64,000 bases of DNA from a bacterium (GCA_021816845.1 JAKAWT010000001.1:198087-262086), one strand, 5' to 3'. Positions 29,761 to 40,449 are shown, counted from the first letter of the stretch. Notes: generated by a model from the sequence alone, not told the origin. Translations and numbers: made by a program.

Positions 29761-32589
29761 ATGAATGGGTATAAATCCAAAGTTGAAGATTTCAATAATT
29801 CTCAGAATAAGCATTTTTACGAGACATCGTTATATCCATCTATTTTTCAAAAAACATTAGATGAGGAAGCATTTATATACTCACTAACCCCAGATGAGGT
29901 TATTAAAATTTTAAGAACTGATAAAGATAAAGGATTGTCAAGTACTGAAGTTGAAAAATTGATTGAAGTACATGGACAAAATAAACTACAAGAAAAGTCC
30001 AACTTTAACGCATTTAAAATATTTTTCTCCCAATTTAAAGATTTCCTAGCGTTACTGCTTTTTATAGCAATGATATCTGGTTACCTAACTGGCCAACCTA
30101 TAATAGGAGACATACTATTCTTACTTATACTTTTCAACGCAACAGCTGGTTTTATACAAGAATATAGAGCAGAGAAAACAATGGAAGCCCTGGCTAATAT
30201 GATACCGAAAAAAATAGAGGTTATAAGAGATTCTAAGTTACAAACTATAGATTCCATAGATCTTGTTCCAGGAGACATCATCATATTACAGGCAGGAACA
30301 GATATACCAGCTGATTGTAGATTGATAGAGTCTAATTACCTTGAATGTCAAGAGGCTTCAATAACTGGAGAAAATGCTCCAAGAGCAAAAACTGTTGACG
30401 AACATGAGAAAAAAATACTATCCATATTTGACGTAACAAACCTTGTTTTTATGGGTACTACTGTATCATCAGGATCAGGGAAAGCAGTAGTTGTAGGAAC
30501 AGGGATGAATACAGAGTTTGGTAAAATCGCTCAATCAGCTCAAATCACAAAAAAAGAGAAATCACCTCTCCAGAAAGAACTGTTTTTAGCTGGAGAATAT
30601 CTTATAATCATAGCACTTGTTGTTGCAATAATAGCATTCTCAATAAATTTCTTCTATGCTAAGGATTCTTTTAATACAACTTTGATACTAGCACTGGGAC
30701 TTGCTGTTGGGGTTGTTCCTGAAGGTTTACCATCTACTGTTACTGCGGCACTAGCTTTTGCAGTTAAAAAACTTGCAAAAAAAAATGTAGTAGTAAAAAA
30801 ACTTACTTCTACTGAAACTTTAGGATCATGTAATATTATAGTAACAGATAAAACGGGAACCTTAACAAAGAATGAAATGACTGTAAAAAAAATATTCTTT
30901 TTTGGAATTGATTCTCTTAATAAAGATGATACTGCCAAAAAGCAAGATTATGTAGATGTTACGGGAGTTGGATATGCATATGACGGAGAAATCAAAATGG
31001 ATTTAACCAATAAAAAAGCTAAAATCATATTAGATCTTCTACTGAAATCCTCCACCTTATGTAACAATTCAGAAATTAACTATGATCAATCAAAAAATAA
31101 ATATACAGTCGTTGGGGATCCTCTTGAAGGAGCATTACTATCTTTCTCAGCCAAGATAGATAAAAATTTTGAAGATTTAAAGAAAAAATATGTAAGGATT
31201 AAAGAAGTCCCATTTGATGCTAGAAGGAAAATGATGTCAGTTATTGTTAAATATGATGATAAAAGTTATGTATTCACAAAAGGAGCCATGGAAGATGTGT
31301 TGGCAATATCTAAAGATACAATGTTATTAGATAAAAAAGTAAATCTTACCTTGAAATTAGAAAGAGAACTTATTAGAAAAGGAGAAGATTTTTCAAATGA
31401 TACTTTACGTGTCATAGCATTTGCCTATAAAGAAATTATTGGGGATATAGACAATTTAAGCCCAAAGGATATAGAGAATAACCTTACTTTTATAGGTATT
31501 ACAGGCATACAAGACCCTCCACGAGAAGAAGTATATAAGGCTATACTGGATGCAAAGAATGCAGGCATTAAAGTAATAATGTGTACAGGTGATTCTCCTG
31601 AAACAGCTCTTGCAATAGGGAAGATGATTAATATTGCAGATTTGGATACAACTGTTATAACTGGGACTCAAATGAAAAATATGCCACATAAAGATTTAGA
31701 AAATATACTAAAAGCTGGGAATGTTATATTTGCAAGGACAACACCACTAGGAAAATTAAATATCGTGGAAATTCTACAGAGACAAGGGAATATTGTTGCA
31801 GTCACTGGAGATGGTGTTAACGATGCCCCAGCATTAAAGGCTGCAGATATAGGAGTTGCAATGGGCATAACTGGTACAGATGCAGCAAAAGAAAGTGCTG
31901 ACCTGATACTCCTCAATGACAGTTTTCAATCTATTGTATACGCAATATCTGAAGGTCGACAGATATATGACAATATAAAAAAGTTCATCAGATTTGTTGT
32001 AACAATAGATATAGCAGAAATGATGACGATTTTCATTGGGTCATTATTTCTATTTCCTCCAGTTATGTATGTTCTACAAATATTAACAATAGACTTGATA
32101 GTAAACATTATTCCATCATTAATCCTGTCATCTGACCTCCCTGATCCAGACATAATGGATAGGCCTCCAAGAAGTAAGAAAAATCATTTGTTTGATAAAG
32201 AAACATTGGTACCAGTATTAATGAATGGAACTATCATTGCTATATTAGCAGTCATAATCTTTTATATTGTATACCACACCTATAATAATTACTTCATGGC
32301 AACGACAGCTGCATACTCAACCCTAGTGTTTGCCCAGGTTGGTAACTTCCTTTCATCAAGATCATATAAATATTCTATATTCTCATTTAAAGTATTAAGT
32401 TATTCAAAGATATTTATCGGGATTTTGACTATAATAATATTTCAATCTCTATTTATATTCTTGCCATTTTTCAACGCAATATTACATACTTCTCCATTAA
32501 AAACAGATATAATCTTCTACTATGTATTTGTCATAATTCTTCTGATTATTGTAGAAGAAATAAGAAAATTGATTATACGTAAATTTTAA
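29761..32589 (+). CDS. Cation-transporting P-type ATPase, type IIA/IIB-like (Ca2+/Mg2+ pump family)
   Basis: 942 aa with the phosphorylation motif 'DKTGTLT', hinge 'TGDGVNDAPALKAADIGVAMG', 'TGES'-region analogue 'SITGEN', an N-terminal cation-ATPase domain and 10 TM helices. Confidence 0.9.
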   Translation: MNGYKSKVEDFNNSQNKHFYETSLYPSIFQKTLDEEAFIYSLTPDEVIKILRTDKDKGLSSTEVEKLIEVHGQNKLQEKSNFNAFKIFFSQFKDFLALLLFIAMISGYLTGQPIIGDILFLLILFNATAGFIQEYRAEKTMEALANMIPKKIEVIRDSKLQTIDSIDLVPGDIIILQAGTDIPADCRLIESNYLECQEASITGENAPRAKTVDEHEKKILSIFDVTNLVFMGTTVSSGSGKAVVVGTGMNTEFGKIAQSAQITKKEKSPLQKELFLAGEYLIIIALVVAIIAFSINFFYAKDSFNTTLILALGLAVGVVPEGLPSTVTAALAFAVKKLAKKNVVVKKLTSTETLGSCNIIVTDKTGTLTKNEMTVKKIFFFGIDSLNKDDTAKKQDYVDVTGVGYAYDGEIKMDLTNKKAKIILDLLLKSSTLCNNSEINYDQSKNKYTVVGDPLEGALLSFSAKIDKNFEDLKKKYVRIKEVPFDARRKMMSVIVKYDDKSYVFTKGAMEDVLAISKDTMLLDKKVNLTLKLERELIRKGEDFSNDTLRVIAFAYKEIIGDIDNLSPKDIENNLTFIGITGIQDPPREEVYKAILDAKNAGIKVIMCTGDSPETALAIGKMINIADLDTTVITGTQMKNMPHKDLENILKAGNVIFARTTPLGKLNIVEILQRQGNIVAVTGDGVNDAPALKAADIGVAMGITGTDAAKESADLILLNDSFQSIVYAISEGRQIYDNIKKFIRFVVTIDIAEMMTIFIGSLFLFPPVMYVLQILTIDLIVNIIPSLILSSDLPDPDIMDRPPRSKKNHLFDKETLVPVLMNGTIIAILAVIIFYIVYHTYNNYFMATTAAYSTLVFAQVGNFLSSRSYKYSIFSFKVLSYSKIFIGILTIIIFQSLFIFLPFFNAILHTSPLKTDIIFYYVFVIILLIIVEEIRKLIIRKF

Positions 32590-32679
32590 AATTACAACAC
32601 CACCTATTGATGTACATGTATAATATAGGTATATATCAAAGCACCCTATTGCTATTTTAAAAAAGTATTTGTAGAATGG

Positions 32680-33735
32680 ATGTTACAACCAAATATGTTT
32701 AAAATAGTAAAATCTGATATATACAAACAAGCATTAATTGCTAAAATAAAAAAAGCCCAATCTAGAATATATATCCAAGCTATGGCCATAGAGTTTACTG
32801 AAGATATATCATCTATTATTGATGAGCTTATAAATGCTAAAATAAAAGGTGTAGATGTTAGAATTAACATAGATTGGTATTCTAAAATGTATACCTCTTC
32901 ACATATAAATAAATACCCTCTATTACTAAAGACTAAAAAAAACGTAATAGAAAAAATAAAGAGGGAAAATAATACTTATATCCAAAAACTTTTAGATGCA
33001 AATATACAAATTATATACATTAACAAACCTAAGCATAAAATTAGTGAATATATCCCTTATGTAGGAAGAAATCATATGAAATTTATTCTTATTGATGAAT
33101 GTGTATTTATAGGAGGGATGAATATATCTCAAAGATCTTTTAAAAATGTAGATTTTATGGCTGAGAGTAACAATAATATGTTAAAAGAAACCATACTTAA
33201 AATATTTACTAATAATCACACTTTGTATAACAATAGCGAGATACCTCTATCATCTGATTCTTCTCTCCTTGTAGATGTAGGTACATTCGGGAATTCCATA
33301 ATATATAAAAAAGCATTAGAAAGTATTAAATCTTCAAAATCAAGTATAAAATATATATCACAATTCCTTCCAAATTTTAATATTTTAAAAGCTTTAAATG
33401 ATGCTGCAAAAAGATCTGTAGATGTAAGCATAATTACATATGATAAAAGATTAGCTAACCAAAAATTTGCAAACAGAATAGATCATCTACTTTTCACGTT
33501 GTCAAAGAAGAACTTAAATGTCATGTATAATAAAGATAAATATGTACATGCTAAATTACTACTTGTAGATGATAATGAGGATGGGACTGCACTTTTTGGA
33601 TCACATAATTTTTCACCATTTGGTGTATATTTTAAAACAGCTGAGATAGCTATATCAACAAAAAATAAAGAGTGCTTAAATGACCTAAATAATTGGTATT
33701 CAAGTATCAAGGATAATCTAGATACTAATGCCTAG
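32680..33735 (+). CDS. Phospholipase D family protein with two HKD motifs (cardiolipin-synthase-like)
   Basis: First HKD 'GRNHMKFILIDECVFIGGMNIS', second HKD 'YVHAKLLLVDDNEDGTALFGSHNFS'. Confidence 0.7.
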   Translation: MLQPNMFKIVKSDIYKQALIAKIKKAQSRIYIQAMAIEFTEDISSIIDELINAKIKGVDVRINIDWYSKMYTSSHINKYPLLLKTKKNVIEKIKRENNTYIQKLLDANIQIIYINKPKHKISEYIPYVGRNHMKFILIDECVFIGGMNISQRSFKNVDFMAESNNNMLKETILKIFTNNHTLYNNSEIPLSSDSSLLVDVGTFGNSIIYKKALESIKSSKSSIKYISQFLPNFNILKALNDAAKRSVDVSIITYDKRLANQKFANRIDHLLFTLSKKNLNVMYNKDKYVHAKLLLVDDNEDGTALFGSHNFSPFGVYFKTAEIAISTKNKECLNDLNNWYSSIKDNLDTNA

Positions 33736-33746
33736 ATATATCATAA

Positions 33747-34673
33747 CTAATTAAAAACGTTACTCCACCCTGAATGTTGGAACTGTAGAAGAAAATTATC
33801 AGAAGCAGATGCAGTAACTTCTGCGGTATATAAAACTAAAGAATAGTTATTTTTTGGTTTTACCTGTATTTCTACTGTTGCAGCTCCCAATCCATACTTT
33901 AGATAATATATAGTGTTATTATCTATTATTGCTCCATACACAGTAAAAGGAAAATACCCCCAATTTGTAAATTCATTCATGTAAAAATGGAGTAGATTTG
34001 TTATTTGTGTTTGATTTTGCGTCCATAAAATAGCCTCACCTGTGATCATTTCTATAGGTTTGTTGTATTGAAATTTAGAAACATTCGCCAAATTTGAAGA
34101 ATAATATGTAAAACCAGTCTCTGTAATCACGCTAACATTGGATACATTTAAAGATGATAGCACATCTTGCATATCAGATTGTGTAAAAGGATATGACCCT
34201 CCACTTCTAAAAGATATGGGTGAAAATAAAGACCTAAAATCTCTATACTCTTTAGTTAATTTTTGAGGTATGAATAAAGCTACAGAAATATTATTTGAAA
34301 ATTCTTTATATGTTATTACATAAGGACCTTTTGTAAAATTTATTTTATTTTGAAATATATAATACTTGAAACCTCTACTCATATAGTATGGAAATGAAGT
34401 ATTTTCAAATGATAAGAATGAATCATTTATATTAAAGTTTAACACTTCATAGCTACCATTTTTAACTATATTGGTTTTAGTTGTATTTGAAGATGATGGA
34501 TTTAGATATTTTTCAAAAGATATAAGGGTAGAGTCTTTAAATGGATAATTTGAAGAGGATGTTATACTTTTTTCTATTGCAGGAGAATGTAGAAGAAAAA
34601 TATATGTAATTATCGCAAGGTACACAATAAGTACTATAAAAAAAATTATTGATTTTTTAGTTCTCAATTTCAT
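33747..34673 (-). CDS. Hypothetical secreted/anchored protein
   Basis: 308-aa ORF with an N-terminal signal anchor 'SIIFFIVLIVYLAIITYIFLL'. No recognisable domain. Confidence 0.4.
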   Translation of the reverse strand: MKLRTKKSIIFFIVLIVYLAIITYIFLLHSPAIEKSITSSSNYPFKDSTLISFEKYLNPSSSNTTKTNIVKNGSYEVLNFNINDSFLSFENTSFPYYMSRGFKYYIFQNKINFTKGPYVITYKEFSNNISVALFIPQKLTKEYRDFRSLFSPISFRSGGSYPFTQSDMQDVLSSLNVSNVSVITETGFTYYSSNLANVSKFQYNKPIEMITGEAILWTQNQTQITNLLHFYMNEFTNWGYFPFTVYGAIIDNNTIYYLKYGLGAATVEIQVKPKNNYSLVLYTAEVTASASDNFLLQFQHSGWSNVFN

Positions 34674-34755
34674 ACCTTAGATTATACAGTTAAAACCTTT
34701 TATATAAAAGTATTTTTTGATATACTTCAAAAATAAGGTTTGTATTTAATTTAAA

Positions 34756-34843
34756 GGAGAGGTACCCAAGTGGCTGAAGGGGAGGGTTTGCTAAACCCTT
34801 AGGAATCGAAAGGTTCGCGAGAGTTCGAATCTCTCTCTCTCCG
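34756..34843 (+). tRNA. tRNA-Ser (anticodon GCT), type II
   Basis: Acceptor GGAGAGG/TCTCTCC (one G-U pair), D-arm CCC-AAGTGGCTGAA-GGG, anticodon arm AGGGT-TTGCTAA-ACCCT, long variable arm, T-arm GAGAG-TTCGAAT-CTCTC, discriminator G. Confidence 0.85.
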
Positions 34844-34876
34844 AATCAGAAACTATGAATATAAATTCTATCATAT

Positions 34877-34963
34877 GGAGAGGTGGCCGAGTGGTTTAAG
34901 GCAACAGTCTTGAAAACTGTCAAGGGTGAAAGCTCTTCGTGAGTTCGAATCTCACCCTCTCCG
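34877..34963 (+). tRNA. tRNA-Ser (anticodon TGA), type II
   Basis: Acceptor GGAGAGG/CCTCTCC, D-arm GCC-GAGTGGTTTAA-GGC, anticodon arm ACAGT-CTTGAAA-ACTGT, long variable arm, T-arm GTGAG-TTCGAAT-CTCAC, discriminator G. Confidence 0.85.
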
Positions 34964-35327
34964 AATTAGAGTTATATATATTAAGATAATTTTTAAGATA
35001 ACCTTTATTATGTTTATAAATATTGTTTTAGGATATAGAATATTCACACCAAAGGATTATATATAAGAATTATCTGAATACATACTTAAATTTAATCTCT
35101 AAAAATACTCCTAATATTATTACTGGAGGAGTATCAAATCCACACTACAAATATCTGTCAGAAGCAAAATCCATGGGAGAATATTTAATCTCTAATAATA
35201 CTCTAAAATACAAACTATCATACAAACAATAATGTTATTAATATTACCTATTTAACAGTTAATGATAAAACTATATTCAACCTAATGAATAAAATATATA
35301 ATCTTATATAATAATGAATATATTAAT

Positions 35328-36425
35328 TTGGAACACTATAATATATACTTATATAGAAAAAATATGAGTAAAATTCACTACGATAAAACAAAATTCATAT
35401 TCCCTATACTAATGATAATTCTCTTCGCGGGCACATTAATTTATGTAAAGCACATACAGAATAATACTAATGTTATTACTAAAAAAATAATCTTACATAA
35501 GAGGCCTGCAAAAAAGGCTCTTCTAATTAAGAATGTATCAACTGGACCATTAGGCCAGAACATTTATATATGTGATTCAAAAAATAATAGAATTATAGAA
35601 GTTAATCCTCAAAAACAGATAATATGGCAAATGGATAATATAAAGGATCCTGATGATGTACAGGTATATAAACCTAATAGATTAATTGTAAATGAGGAAG
35701 ATTATAGTAAAGTAGTAGAGATAAATACCCAAACAAAACAAATTATATGGAGTTACGGTCATCTTGGTGTGTCTGGGTCAGCTACTGGATATCTTGGTCA
35801 ATATGTAGATGATTCATTTAGGTTACCTGGAGGAAATACATTAATAACTGATGATGTGAACATGAGAGTCATAGCAGTAAATAAGCTCGGTCAAATAGTT
35901 TGGCAATATGGGCATACAGGAATAAGATCTAATGCTCCAGGATATCTAAATGCTCCAAATGATGCCATGCCTATTCCAGGAGGGAGCGTCCTTATTACAA
36001 ATATTGGCAACCACATGGCTATAGATGTTAGCATAAATACAAAACAGATACTTTGGCAATTAAATATACCCCAATCTTATCCTTCTGATGCAGTACCTCT
36101 CCCTAATGGAAATATCATATCTACAGACTGGGTTAACCCAGGGAAAATACAAGAAATTACAAGACAAGGACAAGTAGTGTGGACATATCAACCCCAAGGT
36201 GCAAATGCTCTAAACCATCCATCTTCCACACAATTACTGCCTAATGGTAATTACTTAGTAGTTGATGATCATAATGATAGGGTATTTGTACTAAATCCAA
36301 AAACACAACAAATATTATGGCAATATGGTATTACTGGAGTAGCCGGCATCGGCACCAATATGCTGAATGATCCTTCAGGTGTTGCTTTATCTACCCCAAT
36401 GGAATCTCCTGCCTTTGTAAATTAA
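35328..36425 (+). CDS. Membrane-anchored beta-propeller-like repeat protein (six '[QK]QI[IV]WQ...G' repeats)
   Basis: N-terminal TM helix 'FIFPILMIILFAGTLIYV'. Repeats NRIIEVNPQKQIIWQM, TQTKQIIWSYGHLG, KLGQIVWQYGHTG, NTKQILWQLN, RQGQVVWTYQP and KTQQILWQYGITG occur about every 50 aa, as in a 6-bladed propeller. Confidence 0.5.
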   Translation: MEHYNIYLYRKNMSKIHYDKTKFIFPILMIILFAGTLIYVKHIQNNTNVITKKIILHKRPAKKALLIKNVSTGPLGQNIYICDSKNNRIIEVNPQKQIIWQMDNIKDPDDVQVYKPNRLIVNEEDYSKVVEINTQTKQIIWSYGHLGVSGSATGYLGQYVDDSFRLPGGNTLITDDVNMRVIAVNKLGQIVWQYGHTGIRSNAPGYLNAPNDAMPIPGGSVLITNIGNHMAIDVSINTKQILWQLNIPQSYPSDAVPLPNGNIISTDWVNPGKIQEITRQGQVVWTYQPQGANALNHPSSTQLLPNGNYLVVDDHNDRVFVLNPKTQQILWQYGITGVAGIGTNMLNDPSGVALSTPMESPAFVN

Positions 36426-36898
36426 ATAATATCAACACTAAGATCATCAGACCATGCAGGATCATAGTAGGATATTTCATCAATGGTGTATTGACTATCA
36501 ACTATTGAAAATTCTTCACCAATCCCAAGACCTAACATATTACTACCTGGTGGACGACTATAACGAATTACTAATATTTCACCAATTAAAGGATTGTTAA
36601 ATAACCCTTTCCTATTGTCAAGAACATATTTCCAGGCTATCTCTGAAAGAATAAGGTAATTTGTTATATCTGAAGTATTAGTTAGGCTATGAACTCTAAC
36701 GAGGCTTCCTATATCGACCTTGCCTTCACCAAGTTCTCTTTTATATTCATAAGTATCACCACAATCTTTGAGAATATCTTTAAATCTATCTACTTCAAAC
36801 TCACATAACAAACGAGATCCCCTAGATAAAGCATTCCTTGTTTCTAAGGAAAATTGATCCTGTAAAAGAGGCAGAGTACTGGTCCTCAGTGTCTCCAT
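36422..36898 (-). CDS. Hypothetical protein, 158 aa
   Basis: Intact ORF with no recognisable motif. Its stop overlaps the convergent upstream gene. Confidence 0.35.
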   Translation of the reverse strand: METLRTSTLPLLQDQFSLETRNALSRGSRLLCEFEVDRFKDILKDCGDTYEYKRELGEGKVDIGSLVRVHSLTNTSDITNYLILSEIAWKYVLDNRKGLFNNPLIGEILVIRYSRPPGSNMLGLGIGEEFSIVDSQYTIDEISYYDPAWSDDLSVDII

Positions 36899-36935
36899 AC
36901 CTTGATTATATAGCTAAATAAGTCTTAAAACAAAT

Positions 36936-37412
36936 TTATTCATTTTTCTCTACCTCAAGAAATATTTCCTCATAATAATCTTTGAGCCTCTTATCTACCC
37001 ATATTTTCAGAATATTACTATCCTTATTTATTAAAAATGTTGCTCTTATAACCTTATTATCTTTATTTAATAATTTATATTTAGAGGCTACTACTTTATC
37101 ATTATCAGACAAGATAGAGAAAGGTATTGCATACTTTAAAGAAAATTCGACAACCATATCCACTGTATCTTCACTTATAACAAATAGCAGAGTATTTAGT
37201 TCTTTGAAAAATCTATATTTATCCCTGAATAATTTTATCTCCTTAATTGATCTATTCATATCATCATGTGGATAAAAATAAATAACAACAAAACTTCCTC
37301 TGTAGTGATATAATCCTCTAAAATTACCATCATTGGACATCAAATTAAAATCAGGTGACAGACTACCCACAGATAAGAGTTTAGGAGTATATTTATTAGG
37401 TAAAATGATCAT
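36936..37412 (-). CDS. Thioredoxin-fold AhpC/TSA (Bcp-like) protein lacking the canonical peroxidatic cysteine
   Basis: 'PDFNL...GNFRGLYHYRGSFVVIYFYPHDDMNRS...IPFSILSDNDKVVASKY' follows the Bcp/peroxiredoxin layout. The position of 'FYPxDFTPGCT' reads 'FYPHDDMNRS'. Confidence 0.55.
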   Translation of the reverse strand: MIILPNKYTPKLLSVGSLSPDFNLMSNDGNFRGLYHYRGSFVVIYFYPHDDMNRSIKEIKLFRDKYRFFKELNTLLFVISEDTVDMVVEFSLKYAIPFSILSDNDKVVASKYKLLNKDNKVIRATFLINKDSNILKIWVDKRLKDYYEEIFLEVEKNE

Positions 37413-37460
37413 AAGAATATTTATACCCTAACATCTTAGCATTAACTAATGAATACAGTA

Positions 37461-38129
37461 TTAAGTATAATATTCTTGGAAATATATTATTTTCCCATAT
37501 ATTTTAAATTTCTCAAGTTTTAACTCTATACTTCTATCGTATAAATTGGATACTGAAGAAGTCAACATTTCTTTAGCATTTACAATCCTATAATTCCTTA
37601 GAATAAAATTACTTTCATTATCATATGCTAGAACCAAATCTCCATCTTTTGGTTTTTTTGATGCTATAACTATTACAGCCTTTTTAGGAAGATTAGAATC
37701 ATTAGTTTCAAGATTTTTCACCTTTATAGCTACAATAGAATCATATAGTTCTATCGCATTAAATGGGACAGAGATTGTAGTTTTTGATGTATACATAGTG
37801 TCTAGAAGATTATCAGGATATATTTTTTCTACTAATGGGATATTCGTATAAGAAACCCCTTTATCATACTTCCATTTCTCAATTATATCTGTCATTAGAT
37901 CTTTATTATCTGTATAGAAATAAAGAATACTTTTTTCAAGTGCTCTTGCAAGTTCTTGCATTCTATAGACAGATATCCTCCTTGTACCTTCCTCATACAA
38001 AGCAACTTCCTTTTTATAAACACCAAGTCTCCTCCCAAGTTCAGATTTACCGATACCTAACTCTTCTCTAGCTTTTTTTAATTTCTGTCCTAGTTGTATT
38101 TGAAATATTGTAGGATTTTTTGTCCTCAT
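37461..38129 (-). CDS. XRE-family HTH transcriptional regulator with about 140-aa C-terminal domain (possibly LexA/S24-like, uncertain)
   Basis: N-terminal 'LGQKLKKAREELGIGKSELGRRLGVYKKEVALYEEG' is a classic XRE HTH. The C-terminal 'AVIVIASKKPKDGDLVLAY' is reminiscent of the S24 peptidase fold, but no clear Ser/Lys dyad was identified. Confidence 0.55.
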   Translation of the reverse strand: MRTKNPTIFQIQLGQKLKKAREELGIGKSELGRRLGVYKKEVALYEEGTRRISVYRMQELARALEKSILYFYTDNKDLMTDIIEKWKYDKGVSYTNIPLVEKIYPDNLLDTMYTSKTTISVPFNAIELYDSIVAIKVKNLETNDSNLPKKAVIVIASKKPKDGDLVLAYDNESNFILRNYRIVNAKEMLTSSVSNLYDRSIELKLEKFKIYGKIIYFQEYYT

Positions 38130-38140
38130 TTAGGTAATTA

Positions 38141-38788
38141 TTAAAACTTTTCTGTATATATTTTCTCTATATCGATCTTATTATAATTTGAAAGTATGAA
38201 TTTTTTTATACTTTCTACATTGTTTGGATTTCCAGATATGTAGAAAGACATTAAATTATCTGCATTAGCCTTTATAAAATCTCCTATAATACTTTGTATA
38301 TACATCTTATCTTTTGAAAATGTATACTTAAATTTATCACCAAGTGAAGGAAAATTAAATATCAAATCTAGTTTATCCTTCACACCCCAAAAAAGATAGA
38401 CATCATCTTTCAAAGGCAGGCTTTCTATAATACTCCTTATAGGTGTAATTCCTATTCCCGTAGCTATAAAAATATCTTTGCTACAAAGATCTTTTTTATT
38501 ATATATAAATTTACCGAAAGGTCCTAATATCTCTATATTATCTTCTAATTTCATATTATGCAAAATCGTTTGTGCACCAAGACCATCATCTATTTTTATC
38601 CCAAAAGAGAGATATTGATCTTCTTCTTTGGACAATATTGAGTATGTCCTTTGCAATTTATCCTTGAGTTTTAGAATTAAATATTGTCCAGATTTAAATG
38701 TAAAATTTTCTGGTTTGGACAAAGTCAAAATTATGTACCTATCGTTTATAACATCTTTACCTATTATTTTAACAAAATTCGATATCAT
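38141..38788 (-). CDS. FNR-like FAD/NAD(P)-binding oxidoreductase (ferredoxin-NADP reductase / PyrK-like)
   Basis: FAD-binding 'RTYSI', 'GLGAQTILHNMK' and the NAD-binding glycine motif 'IFIATGIGITPIRSI'. Start overlaps the RNase J stop (ATGA). Confidence 0.6.
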   Translation of the reverse strand: MISNFVKIIGKDVINDRYIILTLSKPENFTFKSGQYLILKLKDKLQRTYSILSKEEDQYLSFGIKIDDGLGAQTILHNMKLEDNIEILGPFGKFIYNKKDLCSKDIFIATGIGITPIRSIIESLPLKDDVYLFWGVKDKLDLIFNFPSLGDKFKYTFSKDKMYIQSIIGDFIKANADNLMSFYISGNPNNVESIKKFILSNYNKIDIEKIYTEKF

Positions 38789-40449
38789 TGGCTTAACAAA
38801 ACAAGTACTAGTGGATTTTTTCCATATTTTTCAACTAACATAGTTGATATAGATTTTGCAATTGCGTTTCTCATATCCTGAAGATCTGGTATTTTCTCAT
38901 AGATTTTATCTTTAAACATAAAATCTACATTTTCTTCTACATATCTAATTAATTTATAATTTTCCTTTGAGAATATAAAACCTCTTGATATTATATTTGG
39001 TGTACCAATCATTTTCTTTTGAGAATCTACATTTATATTGACTAATAATATACCATTTTCAGATAATTGTTCCCTTTCCTTCATAACCTTGTTTCCTATA
39101 TCTCCCAGTAGATTATCAGAAATTCTTACAGGAACATGAGTAATCCTTTCACCTATGCTAAATCCTTTACCTTCTTGATATTCAAATACACTTCCATCTT
39201 TAGGCATTAAAATCTTATCTTCCTTAATACCTACAGATTTTGCAGTTTTTTTATGAGAATCAAGAAAAGATTGATACCCTTCTATAGGCATGAAATATCT
39301 TGGTTTTATTAAATTCAATAGAAGTTTATGGTCTTCCTGATGAGCGTGTCCACCAGCATGTACATCCATGATACTTTGGTGAATGACGTTGGCTCCGGAA
39401 CCAACTATATAATCAAGAAGTTTTTGCACTAGTGCAGCATTAGTAGGAATTACTGATGAAGATAATATTACTGTATCTTCTTTCTTTATTGAGATTTGTG
39501 CATGATCTCCTAATATCATCCTCATTAACCCAGCATTCTCCTCACCTTGAGCTCCAGTAGTTATTATTAGTATCTCCTTATCTGGATACTTAGATGTATC
39601 TGAAATTTTTATAAAAGTGTCCTTTGGTACATCCAAATAACCAAGGTTCTTAGCAATTTTAATAGTTTTCTCCATAGATAATCCTGAGATAGCTACCTTC
39701 CTCCCGTATTTATGTGAGAGAGATACTAATTGGTTTACCCTTGTTAATAAAGATGAAAATGTTGCAGCAATAATCCTACCTTCTGAATGTATAATAATAT
39801 TCTCTAAAATTGGAGTTATGGCACTTTCAGAAACAGACATTCCTGATTTGTTAGCATTTGTACTGTCAGACATTAAGAGTAACACTCCTTCTTCCCCAAC
39901 TTTGGTTATTTTATGATACTGAGTAACAGGTTCTTCAAATGGAGTATTATCAAATTTGAAATCTCCTGTATGTACAAGATTCCCAAATTTTGTACCAACT
40001 ATAATTCCAACTGAATCTGGTATATTATGATTAACTCGAAAAAAACTCATACTAAAAGCACCTAAATTAAATTTATCTTCTGGGGAAAATTCTATTATCC
40101 TAGCCTTGTTTTTTAAACCAACTGATCTATCTGCAAGCTTTTCTTTAATTATTTCAACAGTCATCTTTGTTCCATAAATAGGAGGATTACCAAGTTTATC
40201 AAGGACGTATGCTAAACCTCCTATATGATCTAGATGTCCATGAGTGATAACAAATCCTCTTATTTTATCTTTATTATTCTGTAAATACTCAAAATTTGGT
40301 ATTAAAAAATCAATTCCATATAAATTATCTTCTGAAAATCCTAGCCCAAAATCAATAACAATAATATCATTGCCTAATTCTATGATAGTAGAATTAATAC
40401 CTACTTCCTCTACACCTCCTAGTGTAATCACTTTTAATTTATCGTTCAT
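38785..40449 (-). CDS. rnj: Ribonuclease J (metallo-beta-lactamase / beta-CASP)
   Basis: 554 aa with 'ITHGHLDHIGG', beta-CASP motifs and a conserved C-terminal domain. Confidence 0.9.
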   Translation of the reverse strand: MNDKLKVITLGGVEEVGINSTIIELGNDIIVIDFGLGFSEDNLYGIDFLIPNFEYLQNNKDKIRGFVITHGHLDHIGGLAYVLDKLGNPPIYGTKMTVEIIKEKLADRSVGLKNKARIIEFSPEDKFNLGAFSMSFFRVNHNIPDSVGIIVGTKFGNLVHTGDFKFDNTPFEEPVTQYHKITKVGEEGVLLLMSDSTNANKSGMSVSESAITPILENIIIHSEGRIIAATFSSLLTRVNQLVSLSHKYGRKVAISGLSMEKTIKIAKNLGYLDVPKDTFIKISDTSKYPDKEILIITTGAQGEENAGLMRMILGDHAQISIKKEDTVILSSSVIPTNAALVQKLLDYIVGSGANVIHQSIMDVHAGGHAHQEDHKLLLNLIKPRYFMPIEGYQSFLDSHKKTAKSVGIKEDKILMPKDGSVFEYQEGKGFSIGERITHVPVRISDNLLGDIGNKVMKEREQLSENGILLVNINVDSQKKMIGTPNIISRGFIFSKENYKLIRYVEENVDFMFKDKIYEKIPDLQDMRNAIAKSISTMLVEKYGKNPLVLVLLSQ

